Origin: an uncultured Planctomycetota bacterium
Lineage (GTDB): Bacteria; Planctomycetota; JACQVV01; CAZANL01
Direction of reading: 5' to 3'
DNA length: 36,003 nt
NCBI GenBank assembly: GCA_964566865.1
Contig: CAZMLI010000005.1
Coordinates: forward strand, 1-36,003
The notes under the pieces: generated by a model
Told to the model about the DNA's origin: nothing
Database searches by the model: none
What the model saw: the letters and a program-made list of their open reading frames with translations, nothing else
Translations under genes and position numbers: made by a program
Part shown: positions 1-8,772 of the stretch, one piece after another
Layout of the letters: each line of letters begins with the position of its first letter
Numbering within the stretch: position 1 is the stretch's first letter

Positions 1-1766
1 GACGTGTCGATCACCACCTGCTCCAGCTCGACGACATCGATCTGGGTCACCGGGTACGCGGCCACCGCGCGCACCGTCGCCCCCGAGCCGTAACCAATCA
101 CGCAGACCTTCTTCGGCGACTGACAGAGCAGCAGCGGCAGGTGGCCGAGCAGGTATTGCGTGGGCAGGTCGTCGCGGGAAGAGGCGTCGGTCTTACCGTT
201 GACCTTGAGAAAGGTGGTGGCGTCATCGCGAAAAATGCTGACGGTCGAGCTGGTGCCGTCCCGAATGAACAGCAGATCGGGGCCCTCCTCGATCACCTTT
301 TTCGTCTTCAGGATTTTGCGAAAGATGCCAAACTGCAGGTGGTGCTGGTCGAGCTTCGGCGTGACCCCGACCAGCAGACCCAGCATGCCGACCAGCCCCG
401 CGCCGAGCAGCAGTCGTCTACCCAGGGCCACGCTGCGCTCCGACAAGACCAGCCCGACCGCTACCAGCAGGCCCAGCACGCCGCCCGCGACGATCGACTG
501 TTGCACACCCAACCAGGGCAAGCAGATGAATCCCGCGAGCACCGAGCCGACGATCCCGCCGATGGTATTCGCGGCGTACAGACCGCCAACCGCCTCGCCG
601 GAGGCGCCGGTCTCGGCCCGGTAGGTGGCGATCGCGAGCGGCAACGTGACGCCCATCGCGATCGTCGGCAGGATGACCAACGAACCGGACACCACGCCTT
701 GAGAGAGGAACAAATACCACAGCCGCCCCTGGCTGTTGCGCGCGATGCCGAGGAACATCTCCGGCAGGGAGTTGATCAGGAACAGACCCGCGACGACCGT
801 CAGCGAGCTGAAGGCCATCAACAACCCGAGCCAGACCCGCCGCCCGCGACTGGGCGCCAGCGGCCCACCCGCCAGCAAACCACCGATGGCAATTCCAAGC
901 AGGAAGGTGGTCAGAATGATGCTGAAGGCATAGGTCGAGGAGCCCACGATACTCGCCAGTAACCGGGTCCAGATGATCTCGTAGTAGATTCCCAGCGCCC
1001 CGGCGATCATCAAGGCGATGTGCAGCCCGCCAACTTTTCCGGTCGGGGCGGCCGGCAGTACTTCCAGCGGGGGGCTGCTGGCCGGTTCGGTTTCGGTGGC
1101 GGGCTCGCTGTCCGCGCGCCCCGCCTGGTAATCCCAGGCCAACGCAATCGCCACCACCAGAAACCCGACACCCACCGAGACGCCGATGGTGCCGGCCAGA
1201 CCGATGAGCGGCAACAAGACAAAGCCGGTCACGATCACGCCGAGGGCTGCGCCGAGCGTATTGAAGCCGTAGAGCAGCCCGACCGTCTGTTGAAAGTTGC
1301 CCCGGCGCGCCAGGCCCACCACCAGCACCGGCAGCGAGGCCCCCATCAGCACGGTGGGACCGATCAGCAGCACGAACGAGAGCAGGAAACGGATCAGTAC
1401 AAACACCGCGAAGTGCCCCTGCAGCATCAGGTACAGCGGCGCCACCAGCAGATCCAACCGATCGAGCACCGGGATCGAGATCAAGCCGAAGAGGGCGATA
1501 CCGAGCTCGAGCAGCCCGTAGACCAGAAACGGCCGGCCGATCTTATCCGCCCTGCGTCCGGCCCACCAGCTCCCCAATCCGAGCCCGGCCATGAAGGCCG
1601 CGAGCACCGTGGAAATGGACCAGGCCGAGCTGCCGAACTGCAGCGCCAGCAGCTTGACCCAGACGACCTGATAGGCCAGGCCGCACGCGCCGGAGAGCAC
1701 GAACAAGCTGGCCGCGACCTGGAACTCGCGCGCGCTCGTGGCAGGACCCGGCCGAGTCTCCGTCAC
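1..1766 (-). CDS. Fused MFS-like membrane domain / spermidine-synthase-like protein; C-terminus lies beyond the window edge
   Basis: Absent from the supplied track because no stop lies inside the window. Hand check: the minus frame is open from 3 to 1766, with no in-frame tca/tta/cta. The N-terminal part is multi-TM (FQVAASLFVLSGACGLAYQVVW...). Nt 3-128 encode LCQSPKKVCVIGYGSGATVRAVAAYPVTQIDVVELEQVVIDT, a spermidine-synthase-type Rossmann motif. The GTG start at 1764-1766 overlaps the upstream TGA (GTGA). Confidence 0.8.
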   Translation of the reverse strand, partial: MTETRPGPATSAREFQVAASLFVLSGACGLAYQVVWVKLLALQFGSSAWSISTVLAAFMAGLGLGSWWAGRRADKIGRPFLVYGLLELGIALFGLISIPVLDRLDLLVAPLYLMLQGHFAVFVLIRFLLSFVLLIGPTVLMGASLPVLVVGLARRGNFQQTVGLLYGFNTLGAALGVIVTGFVLLPLIGLAGTIGVSVGVGFLVVAIALAWDYQAGRADSEPATETEPASSPPLEVLPAAPTGKVGGLHIALMIAGALGIYYEIIWTRLLASIVGSSTYAFSIILTTFLLGIAIGGLLAGGPLAPSRGRRVWLGLLMAFSSLTVVAGLFLINSLPEMFLGIARNSQGRLWYLFLSQGVVSGSLVILPTIAMGVTLPLAIATYRAETGASGEAVGGLYAANTIGGIVGSVLAGFICLPWLGVQQSIVAGGVLGLLVAVGLVLSERSVALGRRLLLGAGLVGMLGLLVGVTPKLDQHHLQFGIFRKILKTKKVIEEGPDLLFIRDGTSSTVSIFRDDATTFLKVNGKTDASSRDDLPTQYLLGHLPLLLCQSPKKVCVIGYGSGATVRAVAAYPVTQIDVVELEQVVIDT

Positions 1767-3406
1767 CGGGCCTCTTGGGGCCTGCCCCCGGTGGCGCTGG
1801 TCTGCGCGCGCGCCAGCAAACGGTGCGCCCGTAGCTCCACCGGACGTTCGTGCGTGCCCGCGCTAAACGGGCCGGTTGGCGCGAATTCGAAGCGCTCCCC
1901 CATCAAGCGAACCAGCGTGTCGCCGACCAAAATCTGACTGCGCCCCGCGTTCATCTCCAGCGCGTACGCACTGGCAGCCGCCTCGCCAAAGACATTGTAG
2001 ATCCGCTGCTTGCCATCGCTGAGGAAGCCTCCGAGCACCACACCGGTCTCGACGCCGATCCGCACCGAGACCTTGGTCTCCAGGTTCTGGCTCAGTCGGG
2101 CCAGCACCGCCTGCAGCTCGAGCGCGGTCTCCAGCGCGACCGCACCGTGATCCTCGAGCGGGATCGGGTCGCCGAAGGAGGCCAGGATCGTATCGCCGAA
2201 CAGCTCGACCACCGTGCCCTTGCGCCCTTCGATCGTCTTGCGCACCTCGGCAAAGAACAGCTCCAGGGTGTGCGTCACGACCTCCGGCAACTGACCGACC
2301 ACCAGGCGCAGAAAGTTCTCCATGTCCGCCACCAACACGGTCACCTGTACGTAATGCAGCCCGCGACTCGCCCCATCCATCGCGTCGACGACCAGCTTCT
2401 CGGTGTCGACCCCGTCGCGACTGAGAAACGTGCGCAGGTCGTTGAGGTCCTTGCGAAACTGCTCGAGCGCGAGACTCAGCGCAGCCATGCTCTGGTAGCG
2501 ATCGAACTCGGCCTTGGCCAGGCAGCGCATCACGATCCCGCCCAGCTCGAGCGGTACGTCTGCATTCAACTCGCGCAGGTCGGTCGGCTCCTCGCGCAGG
2601 TGCTTGAGCAGAATCGCCAGCGGCTCGTCGGCGTCGAACGGCACCTGACCGCCGAGCATCCGGTAGAGCAGCACCCCGAAGGAGTAGATGTCTGTGCCCG
2701 GCCCGAGCGCGCGGCCCTCGCACTGTTCGGGACTCATGTACTCCGGCGTGCCGAGCACCTCACCGTGATTGGTCAGACCCTTTTGGCGCGCCCACTTGGC
2801 CAGCCCGAAATCGGTGACCCAGACCTTGCCGCCTGGTTCGACCAGAATGTTCCCCGGCTTGATGTCGCGGTGAATCACGCCGACCTCGTGCGCCTTGGCC
2901 AGGGCGCTACAGATCTGCAAGGCGATGTCCAGCACCCGATCCAGGTTCAGCACCTCGCTCTGCAACAGGGTCTCGAGGTTGTTCCCCTGGATCAACGCCA
3001 TGGCGAAGTAGTAGAAGCCGCCCTCCTCGCCGTAGGTGTAAATCTCGACGATGTTCTCGTGCTTCAGCTTGGCGATCGCCTCCGCCTCGTGCTGAAAACG
3101 CAGCACCTGTTCGGGAGAGGTATCGCCCGCCGGCAGCACCTTGACGGCCACGCGACGATTGAGATTGTCCTGGATCGCCTCGTAGACGTCACCCATGCCA
3201 CCGTGCCCGATCTTGCGCAACACCCGGAACTCGCCGAGTCTTTCGAGCTGGGGTCCCGCGTCCCGAACTGGCGTCACCCCATCGTTGTTGAGCGCGACGG
3301 TGACCGCGCTCGAGGGGGTGAGCTCAGTCCCGCAAGAAGGACAAAAGCAGATCTCCTGCTTCTTCGAGACAGAGAACGTGCAATTGCAGGGACAGGTCAA
3401 CTCCAT
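1763..3406 (-). CDS. Ser/Thr protein kinase with N-terminal zinc ribbon and C-terminal class III nucleotidyl cyclase homology domain (apparently degenerate)
   Basis: Zinc ribbon: CPCNC...CPSCG. Hanks kinase motifs: GHGGMGDVYEA, VAVKV, HRDIKPGNIL, DFGLAK, GTPEYMSPE. Cyclase-like region: VTVLVADMENF, ELFGDTILASFG, VRIGVETG. Confidence 0.9.
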   Translation of the reverse strand: MELTCPCNCTFSVSKKQEICFCPSCGTELTPSSAVTVALNNDGVTPVRDAGPQLERLGEFRVLRKIGHGGMGDVYEAIQDNLNRRVAVKVLPAGDTSPEQVLRFQHEAEAIAKLKHENIVEIYTYGEEGGFYYFAMALIQGNNLETLLQSEVLNLDRVLDIALQICSALAKAHEVGVIHRDIKPGNILVEPGGKVWVTDFGLAKWARQKGLTNHGEVLGTPEYMSPEQCEGRALGPGTDIYSFGVLLYRMLGGQVPFDADEPLAILLKHLREEPTDLRELNADVPLELGGIVMRCLAKAEFDRYQSMAALSLALEQFRKDLNDLRTFLSRDGVDTEKLVVDAMDGASRGLHYVQVTVLVADMENFLRLVVGQLPEVVTHTLELFFAEVRKTIEGRKGTVVELFGDTILASFGDPIPLEDHGAVALETALELQAVLARLSQNLETKVSVRIGVETGVVLGGFLSDGKQRIYNVFGEAAASAYALEMNAGRSQILVGDTLVRLMGERFEFAPTGPFSAGTHERPVELRAHRLLARAQTSATGGRPQEAR

Positions 3407-3415
3407 GCGCTGATT

Positions 3416-4258
3416 CTACTGCCGACCCTGAGGGGCCTGCAAGACCCGCCTGGACTTCGCCCGCTTTTGCCGTTTCAGGTTGTCTTGATACAGCACACGC
3501 TTGACCCGCAGCCGCTCCTGCTCGGCGAGCGTCAGTCCGTCGCTGAACAACTCGGGCTGCGTGCGCCGCATCCACCAGGCGCGCAGCCTGCGGCCCCGAC
3601 CGTAGTACAGGTCATGCAGCGCGCGCCGCACGCCCGGACAGTTTCGCGGTGGATAACGTTGCTCGCCGATCCGGATTGCGAGCTTCAGCTGCTTGATCGC
3701 CTGGAAGGTGCGCCAGAAACTGCGCTGGCCCGCCAGCGCCTGACCGTAGTAGTAGCGGTAGAGAATGTTGCGTGGGTTGCGCGCAATGGCCCGCTCCAGG
3801 ATGGCGACCGCCCGATCGAAGCGCTGCTGCTGGAACGCGGCCTTGCCATCGCGATAGAGCACGAAAACTTCCGTGTTCTCGAGATCCCGAAAAAAGGTCA
3901 ACAGGCAGGTATCGGCCGGCGGTTGATTGCCGACGATATACTCCTCCAGCACATCGTCGGCCATCGTGTCCATGATCGACTCGTACTCCGAGCGCAGCAT
4001 GTCCTCGACCGAGATCCCATAGGCCGATGTCGCGGAGAGATGGTCGAGCGTGCGCGCGTCGTAGGCCGCGCGCCGGGTGATGTCCGAGAGTGTCTCGTAG
4101 GCCCGCACCGCCGCGTTGAAGCGCCCCGCCGCCTCGGGATGGGGCGACTTGTCCGGATGGGTCTCGAGCGCTCGCCGTCGGAACGCGCGGCCGATCTGAT
4201 CCTGATCGGCCATCGACGAAACGCCGAGGATCTCGTAGAAATTCGGCGTGGCGCTCAC
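3416..4258 (-). CDS. J-domain (DnaJ-like) protein with TPR-like C-terminal region
   Basis: NFYEILGV... with an HPD motif (ETHPDK). The helical repeat tail resembles TPR. The GTG start overlaps the upstream stop (GTGA at 4255-4258). Confidence 0.85.
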   Translation of the reverse strand: MSATPNFYEILGVSSMADQDQIGRAFRRRALETHPDKSPHPEAAGRFNAAVRAYETLSDITRRAAYDARTLDHLSATSAYGISVEDMLRSEYESIMDTMADDVLEEYIVGNQPPADTCLLTFFRDLENTEVFVLYRDGKAAFQQQRFDRAVAILERAIARNPRNILYRYYYGQALAGQRSFWRTFQAIKQLKLAIRIGEQRYPPRNCPGVRRALHDLYYGRGRRLRAWWMRRTQPELFSDGLTLAEQERLRVKRVLYQDNLKRQKRAKSRRVLQAPQGRQ

Positions 4259-5118
4259 GGCAGGGAGCGCCCCAGCGCCTCGAGCGCTTCCGAAGCCAGC
4301 TGGTTGTAACGATGACGGTCCTCGCGCAGCGTCAGCCCGCGCTGGGCGAGATCCAGCAAGAGCGGCCAGTCCTGATTGGCCCGCGCCAGCTGGATCAGCG
4401 GGTCGAGCAGCCGGGGAAAACGCCCGACTTGCCGCTCCAGCAATGCCTTGTAGGCCTGTCGATCGTCGCCACTGGCCAGCAGCAACTGAGCCAGACCGAC
4501 ATACAGGCTCTGCCGGTAGTGGCTGATCTCGGCCTCCTCACTGCGCCGCTCGAGCGCCGCAATCAGCTGCGGATCCCGAGGCAGCATGTCGCCGATCAAC
4601 TCGACGCCGCCATAATCGACCAACCCCACGGCGCGGTCCACCGCCGCGATCAGCGAGCCGCCTTCCGCGAGCAGGCTGGTCAGATAGTCGCGCAGGTAGC
4701 GCGGCAGCCGAGCACCCAGCCGCTGCGAGGGATTGTCTTCCGGGAACAGCTTCTTGTCGAACTCGCTGTCGCGCAACAGGTCGAACAACCGCGAAAAGCC
4801 GGTCACCGCGGCCAGATGCTGACCCAGTTGCGAGAGCAGGTGGTGTCCGGCCAGCAAGGCGGCAAAGCGCTCGTCCCAGAGCGTGGTTCCGTCTACGAAC
4901 GCGCCCTCGCGCGCCTGACTGACGAAGCTATCGAGCTGCTCGCGGAGCGTCGCTTCGAGCGCTTCGGCGCTGACGTCCGGCCGCAAGGACTCCAGTTGCC
5001 CGGCCAGAAAGTCAGCCTGCAAGCTGCCCGGGAGCTGCTCGAACAACAGGCGAGCCAGCTGGGTGGCGTCCGCTCCGGCCAGTACGGCCTCGAACAATTG
5101 CTCATGAATCGAGGCCAT
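4255..5118 (-). CDS. Hypothetical helical protein, 287 aa, no recognisable domain
   Basis: Balanced amino-acid composition. A GGAGAA Shine-Dalgarno sits just upstream of the ATG at 5118. The gene is embedded in an operon with overlaps at both ends. Confidence 0.6.
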   Translation of the reverse strand: MASIHEQLFEAVLAGADATQLARLLFEQLPGSLQADFLAGQLESLRPDVSAEALEATLREQLDSFVSQAREGAFVDGTTLWDERFAALLAGHHLLSQLGQHLAAVTGFSRLFDLLRDSEFDKKLFPEDNPSQRLGARLPRYLRDYLTSLLAEGGSLIAAVDRAVGLVDYGGVELIGDMLPRDPQLIAALERRSEEAEISHYRQSLYVGLAQLLLASGDDRQAYKALLERQVGRFPRLLDPLIQLARANQDWPLLLDLAQRGLTLREDRHRYNQLASEALEALGRSLP

Positions 5119-6748
5119 ATTTCTCCAGCTTCCGATTCAATGTGTAGCGGCTGATTTCCAGCCGCTGCGCCGCCTCGGTCTTGTTGCGCGACAGCGCGAC
5201 GGCGCGCACCAAGGCCTCTCGCTCGACCGCTTCGACCAGCGCCTCGAGCGGCCGAATGTCCTTCAGCTCGTGGGGCCGGCCCGACGCCTGCCCGCGCACG
5301 ACGGCCGATAGCTGCTCCACCCCGATCGTGCCATCCGACAGCGCGCACATCGCCTGGCATTCATTGCTCAGCTCGCGAACATTGCCGGGCCAGGCGTAGG
5401 CCAGCAACAGATCCATCGCCTCGCGCGTCACGCTGCGCCCGTCGAGAAAGTGCTCGACCAGCAAGGGGATGTCCTCGCAGCGCTGCCGCAGCGGCGGCAG
5501 GCAGATCATGTGGCCCTTGAGCCGAAAGAACAGATCCTGGCGAAACTGGCCGTCTTCGACCAACGACTCCAGCCGCTGGTTGGCGGCCGAGATGATGCGC
5601 ACGTCGAGCTGGATCGGCTCCTTGGCGCCAATCGGCCGGACCTCCCCCTCTTGCAAGACTCGCAGCAGCTTCTTCTGCAGCTGGTCGCTCATGTCGGCCA
5701 CTTCGTCGAGGAACAGCGTGCCGCCTTGCGCCAGCTCGAACAGCCCCTTCTTGTCCCGCTCGGCGCCGGTGAAGGCGCCGGCGAGGTGACCGAACAATTC
5801 GCTCTCGGCAAGCGACTCGGGAATCGCGGCGCAATTTTCCGAGATGAACGGACCCTCTCGCCGGGGACTGGCCTGATGCACCGCGCGCGCAACGAGTTCC
5901 TTGCCGCTGCCGCTCTCCCCCTGGATCAAGATCGAGATCGGGGCCTGGCTGATCTTCTCGATCTCGCGGAAGATGACCTGCATCGGCGCGCTGCGGCCGA
6001 TGATCTGGTGAAAGTCGGCCTTGCGCCCCGCCAGTTGCTGGCGCTGGTTGACCACGATACCGGACATCTGCGTCAGCTTCACTTCGAGGCTGTCGTTGTG
6101 CGAAGCATCGGCCTCGTGCAGGCGCGCGTTCTCGATCGCGATGGAGGCCTGGTCGGCCAGCGTCTGCAGCACCGCGGTGCTGTCCTGCCCGAACACGCCC
6201 TGGGCGAAACGGTTGTCGACATACAGCGCGCCGAGCACCGCCTGCCTGCCACGCAGCGGCACGGCCATGATCGAACGCAGCTTCATCTGCTGGATCGAGG
6301 GGTTCTGCGCCAGCTCCCGATCGGCCAGCGCGTCCTCGAGCTGAATCAGGCGATCCTCCTGGATCACCTTGGCCGCGATGGTCCGCGAGAACTGCAGATC
6401 CAGCCGCTGCAAGTCCTCGCCACCGAAGCGACGGGCCACCTGCTGCTGAAACGTGTCGCTGTCTGCGAGAATCAAAACGCCTCGTTCGGCCCCACAGAGC
6501 TCGATCGCGGCGTCGACGATCTTGCCCAGCAGCCGCTCGAGCCGCTGCTCCTGATTCAGATCCCGGGTCAGCGCAAGCAGCCGCTCATAACGCTCGAAGC
6601 GCCGGATCAGCAAGGGATAGACCGTTTCGCCCTGTTTCTCGCAGCGCTCGAACAGCCCCTCGGCAAACGTCAGCTCCTCGTCGTTGGCCACGCCGAGAGT
6701 GTGTTCGCGAGCCCGAACCTTGAATTCGCGGAGGCGTCGACGGTCCAT
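5102..6748 (-). CDS. Sigma-54-dependent transcriptional activator (enhancer-binding protein): GAF sensor, AAA+ domain, Fis-type HTH; no receiver domain
   Basis: GAF-like N-terminus. Walker A GESGSGKE. GAFTGA sigma-54 contact motif. C-terminal HTH (NKTEAAQRLEISRYTLNRKL). Confidence 0.92.
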   Translation of the reverse strand: MDRRRLREFKVRAREHTLGVANDEELTFAEGLFERCEKQGETVYPLLIRRFERYERLLALTRDLNQEQRLERLLGKIVDAAIELCGAERGVLILADSDTFQQQVARRFGGEDLQRLDLQFSRTIAAKVIQEDRLIQLEDALADRELAQNPSIQQMKLRSIMAVPLRGRQAVLGALYVDNRFAQGVFGQDSTAVLQTLADQASIAIENARLHEADASHNDSLEVKLTQMSGIVVNQRQQLAGRKADFHQIIGRSAPMQVIFREIEKISQAPISILIQGESGSGKELVARAVHQASPRREGPFISENCAAIPESLAESELFGHLAGAFTGAERDKKGLFELAQGGTLFLDEVADMSDQLQKKLLRVLQEGEVRPIGAKEPIQLDVRIISAANQRLESLVEDGQFRQDLFFRLKGHMICLPPLRQRCEDIPLLVEHFLDGRSVTREAMDLLLAYAWPGNVRELSNECQAMCALSDGTIGVEQLSAVVRGQASGRPHELKDIRPLEALVEAVEREALVRAVALSRNKTEAAQRLEISRYTLNRKLEKYGLDS

Positions 6749-6755
6749 ATCGCGG

Positions 6756-6784
6756 ATGCTAGCAAAACGCCAAGCTTTTGACCA
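6756..6784 (-). promoter_or_regulatory. Candidate sigma-70 promoter TGGTCA-17 nt-TAGCAT for the activator operon
   Basis: The -10 box ends 7 nt before the ATG at 6748. Its -35 box overlaps the -35 box of the plus-strand promoter. Confidence 0.3.
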
Positions 6785-6805
6785 TCGCCAGAAGGCCGAT
6801 ACAAT
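6778..6805 (+). promoter_or_regulatory. Candidate sigma-70 promoter TTGACC-16 nt-TACAAT
   Basis: The hexamers match the consensus at 5/6 and 5/6. The -10 box ends 6 nt before the GTG at 6812. Confidence 0.45.
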
Positions 6806-6811
6806 GCCCGC

Positions 6812-7180
6812 GTGACGGATTACCAGCGAGGCTACACCGAAGGACTACGCCTCTACAACGATGGCCGCTTCTGGCACGCCCATGAAGCCTGGGAGGAGAT
6901 CTGGCTCGAAGCTGACGGCGTCGAGTCCCGCTTCTACCAGGGCCTGATCCAGGTCGCCGCCGCTTGTTTTCACATCGAGCGCGGCAACTGGAGCGGAACC
7001 TACAAATTGCTGCATTTCGCCACGGCCAATTTGCTGCCTGCCGAACCGGCCTATCTGGGACTGGATGTCTCGCAGCTGCTGGAGCGGATCGATCTGATGC
7101 TGGAGGAGCTGCACGCTGTGCGCCACTGCGCAAAGCCGCAGTTCGACCTCAGCTTGATTCCGGAGCTTGCCCTCGCATGA
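6812..7180 (+). CDS. DUF309-family protein
   Basis: GLRLYNDGRFWHAHEAWEEIW matches the DUF309 signature as I recall it. GTG start. The stop overlaps the next start (ATGA at 7177-7180). Confidence 0.75.
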   Translation: MTDYQRGYTEGLRLYNDGRFWHAHEAWEEIWLEADGVESRFYQGLIQVAAACFHIERGNWSGTYKLLHFATANLLPAEPAYLGLDVSQLLERIDLMLEELHAVRHCAKPQFDLSLIPELALA

Positions 7181-8397
7181 CCCCAGAGCCGCTGCTGATC
7201 GTCGGCATCGTCCTCGGGCTGGGTTTCTTCGGCTCCAAGCTGGTGGCCCGGCTCAAGGCGCCGCAGATCCTCGGCAGCATGCTGATCGGCCTGTGCCTCG
7301 GCCCTGCGCTGGCCGGACTGTGGGACGCCCAGACGCTCAGGCAATGGGGCGAACTGGTCGTGCCCTTCACGCTGAGCATGATCGGATTCGGCATCGGCAG
7401 CGAGATGAAGATCGAGGTGCTGAAGAAACTGGGGCGCTCGATCTTGCTGATCGCCGTCTGCGAGTCACTGGCCACCTTCGTGCTGGTCGCCGGGGCCGTA
7501 CTGCTGGTCGCGCCGCGGGAGCTGGCCCTGCCGCTGGCGATACTGCTGGCCTCGCTGGCCGTCGCCACCGCCCCCACGACGACGGCGGCCATGCTGCGTG
7601 AGCTGAAGGCCAGCGGCCCCGTCACGACCACCATGCTGGCGGTCATCGGCATCGACGATGTGATCGGCCTGCTCGCATTCGCCGTGGCGCTGCCGCTGGC
7701 CGCGAGCATCCTGGGCGACGCCTCGAAGATCAGCACGGCGACCGCGGTGATCGGCGTGGCCAAGGAAATCCTGATCTCCCCACTGGTCGGCCTGGTCATC
7801 GGCTGGCTGCTGTCGCAGGGCGTCAAACAGCTGCGCAACCGGGGCGAGGTCTTGATCGTGACGCTCTCCGCGCTCGCCATTGCGGCGGGCCTGTCCCGAC
7901 AATTCAACCTCTCGGTACTGCTGGTCACGCTGAGCGCGGGCATGACGCTGACCAACCGCAACCGGATCGTGGCCAACCGTGTCTACGAGAGCCTCGGCGC
8001 CTTCATGCCACCGTTCTACGTGCTGTTCTTTGCGCTCGTAGGGGCCAACATCCAGCCCGTCCACCTCAAGACCATCGGCCTGGTCGGCGTGCTCTACTGC
8101 ATCGCCCGTTGCCTCGGCAAGTGGCTGGGCGCGCTCGGTGGCGCTCGCCTGGCAGGCGCCGACCCTGAAGTGCGACGCTACCTGGGCCTCGGCCTGCTCA
8201 GCCAGGGCGGGGTGGCGATGGCGCTCGCACTCTCCGCATCCAGGCGGCTGAGCGAAATGGGCGGTCCGGCGGCCGAGATGGGCCAGCTCTGTCTGACCGT
8301 GATCGCGAGCAGCACGCTGGTGCTGTTCTTTCTCGGCCCGCCGGCGATCAAGTATGCAATCGGCCGCGTCGGCGAAGCGCAAAAAGCGAAATTCTGA
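7177..8397 (+). CDS. Cation:proton antiporter (Na+/H+ exchanger family, CPA-type)
   Basis: About 12 hydrophobic segments and a typical N-terminus, MTPEPLLIVGIVLGLGFFGSKLVARLKAPQILGSMLIGLCLGP. The track ORF start at 6964 is rejected because it overlaps DUF309 and reads as Arg/Ala-rich junk. Confidence 0.85.
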   Translation: MTPEPLLIVGIVLGLGFFGSKLVARLKAPQILGSMLIGLCLGPALAGLWDAQTLRQWGELVVPFTLSMIGFGIGSEMKIEVLKKLGRSILLIAVCESLATFVLVAGAVLLVAPRELALPLAILLASLAVATAPTTTAAMLRELKASGPVTTTMLAVIGIDDVIGLLAFAVALPLAASILGDASKISTATAVIGVAKEILISPLVGLVIGWLLSQGVKQLRNRGEVLIVTLSALAIAAGLSRQFNLSVLLVTLSAGMTLTNRNRIVANRVYESLGAFMPPFYVLFFALVGANIQPVHLKTIGLVGVLYCIARCLGKWLGALGGARLAGADPEVRRYLGLGLLSQGGVAMALALSASRRLSEMGGPAAEMGQLCLTVIASSTLVLFFLGPPAIKYAIGRVGEAQKAKF

Positions 8398-8409
8398 TAT
8401 ACTGCCGGC

Positions 8410-8733
8410 GTGTCGGTGGAGATCCAGGTCGAGTTGCAAAGTCAGAGTGGTATCGTACGTCTGAGCGGTGAATTCACCGCCGAAACGAGCCCGCAGGTCC
8501 GGCAGAGTATTGTGCTCCTGTGCCAGAAGGAGCTGCCGGTGATCGTGATCGACATGTCTCAAGTAAGCTACGTGGATAGTGCGGGACTCGGAACCCTCAT
8601 CGAGCGCCACAACGCGATCGTCGCCTATGACGGGAAGCTGGTGCTCTGCGGCGTCCAGGAGCACATCCGCAGGCTGTTCGACCTGACGGGCATCTCGAAA
8701 TTGTTCGTCATGATCGACGAAGTACCTGCTTAA
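8410..8733 (+). CDS. STAS-domain protein (anti-sigma-factor antagonist, SpoIIAA/RsbV-like)
   Basis: DMSQVSYVDSAGLGTL retains the phosphorylatable Ser of the DSxG motif. 107 aa. GTG start. Confidence 0.85.
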   Translation: MSVEIQVELQSQSGIVRLSGEFTAETSPQVRQSIVLLCQKELPVIVIDMSQVSYVDSAGLGTLIERHNAIVAYDGKLVLCGVQEHIRRLFDLTGISKLFVMIDEVPA

Positions 8734-8772
8734 AGAACACAAGAACCGTCGCTCGCCCCTACCAGACATCGC

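Noticed and set aside
1850-4309. 819-aa plus-strand ORF spanning the kinase-cyclase and J-domain genes
   Set aside because: It is a shadow ORF typical of high-GC DNA. The translation is Arg/Leu/Gln/Ala-rich with no motifs. The opposite strand encodes proteins with clear kinase, cyclase and J-domain motifs.
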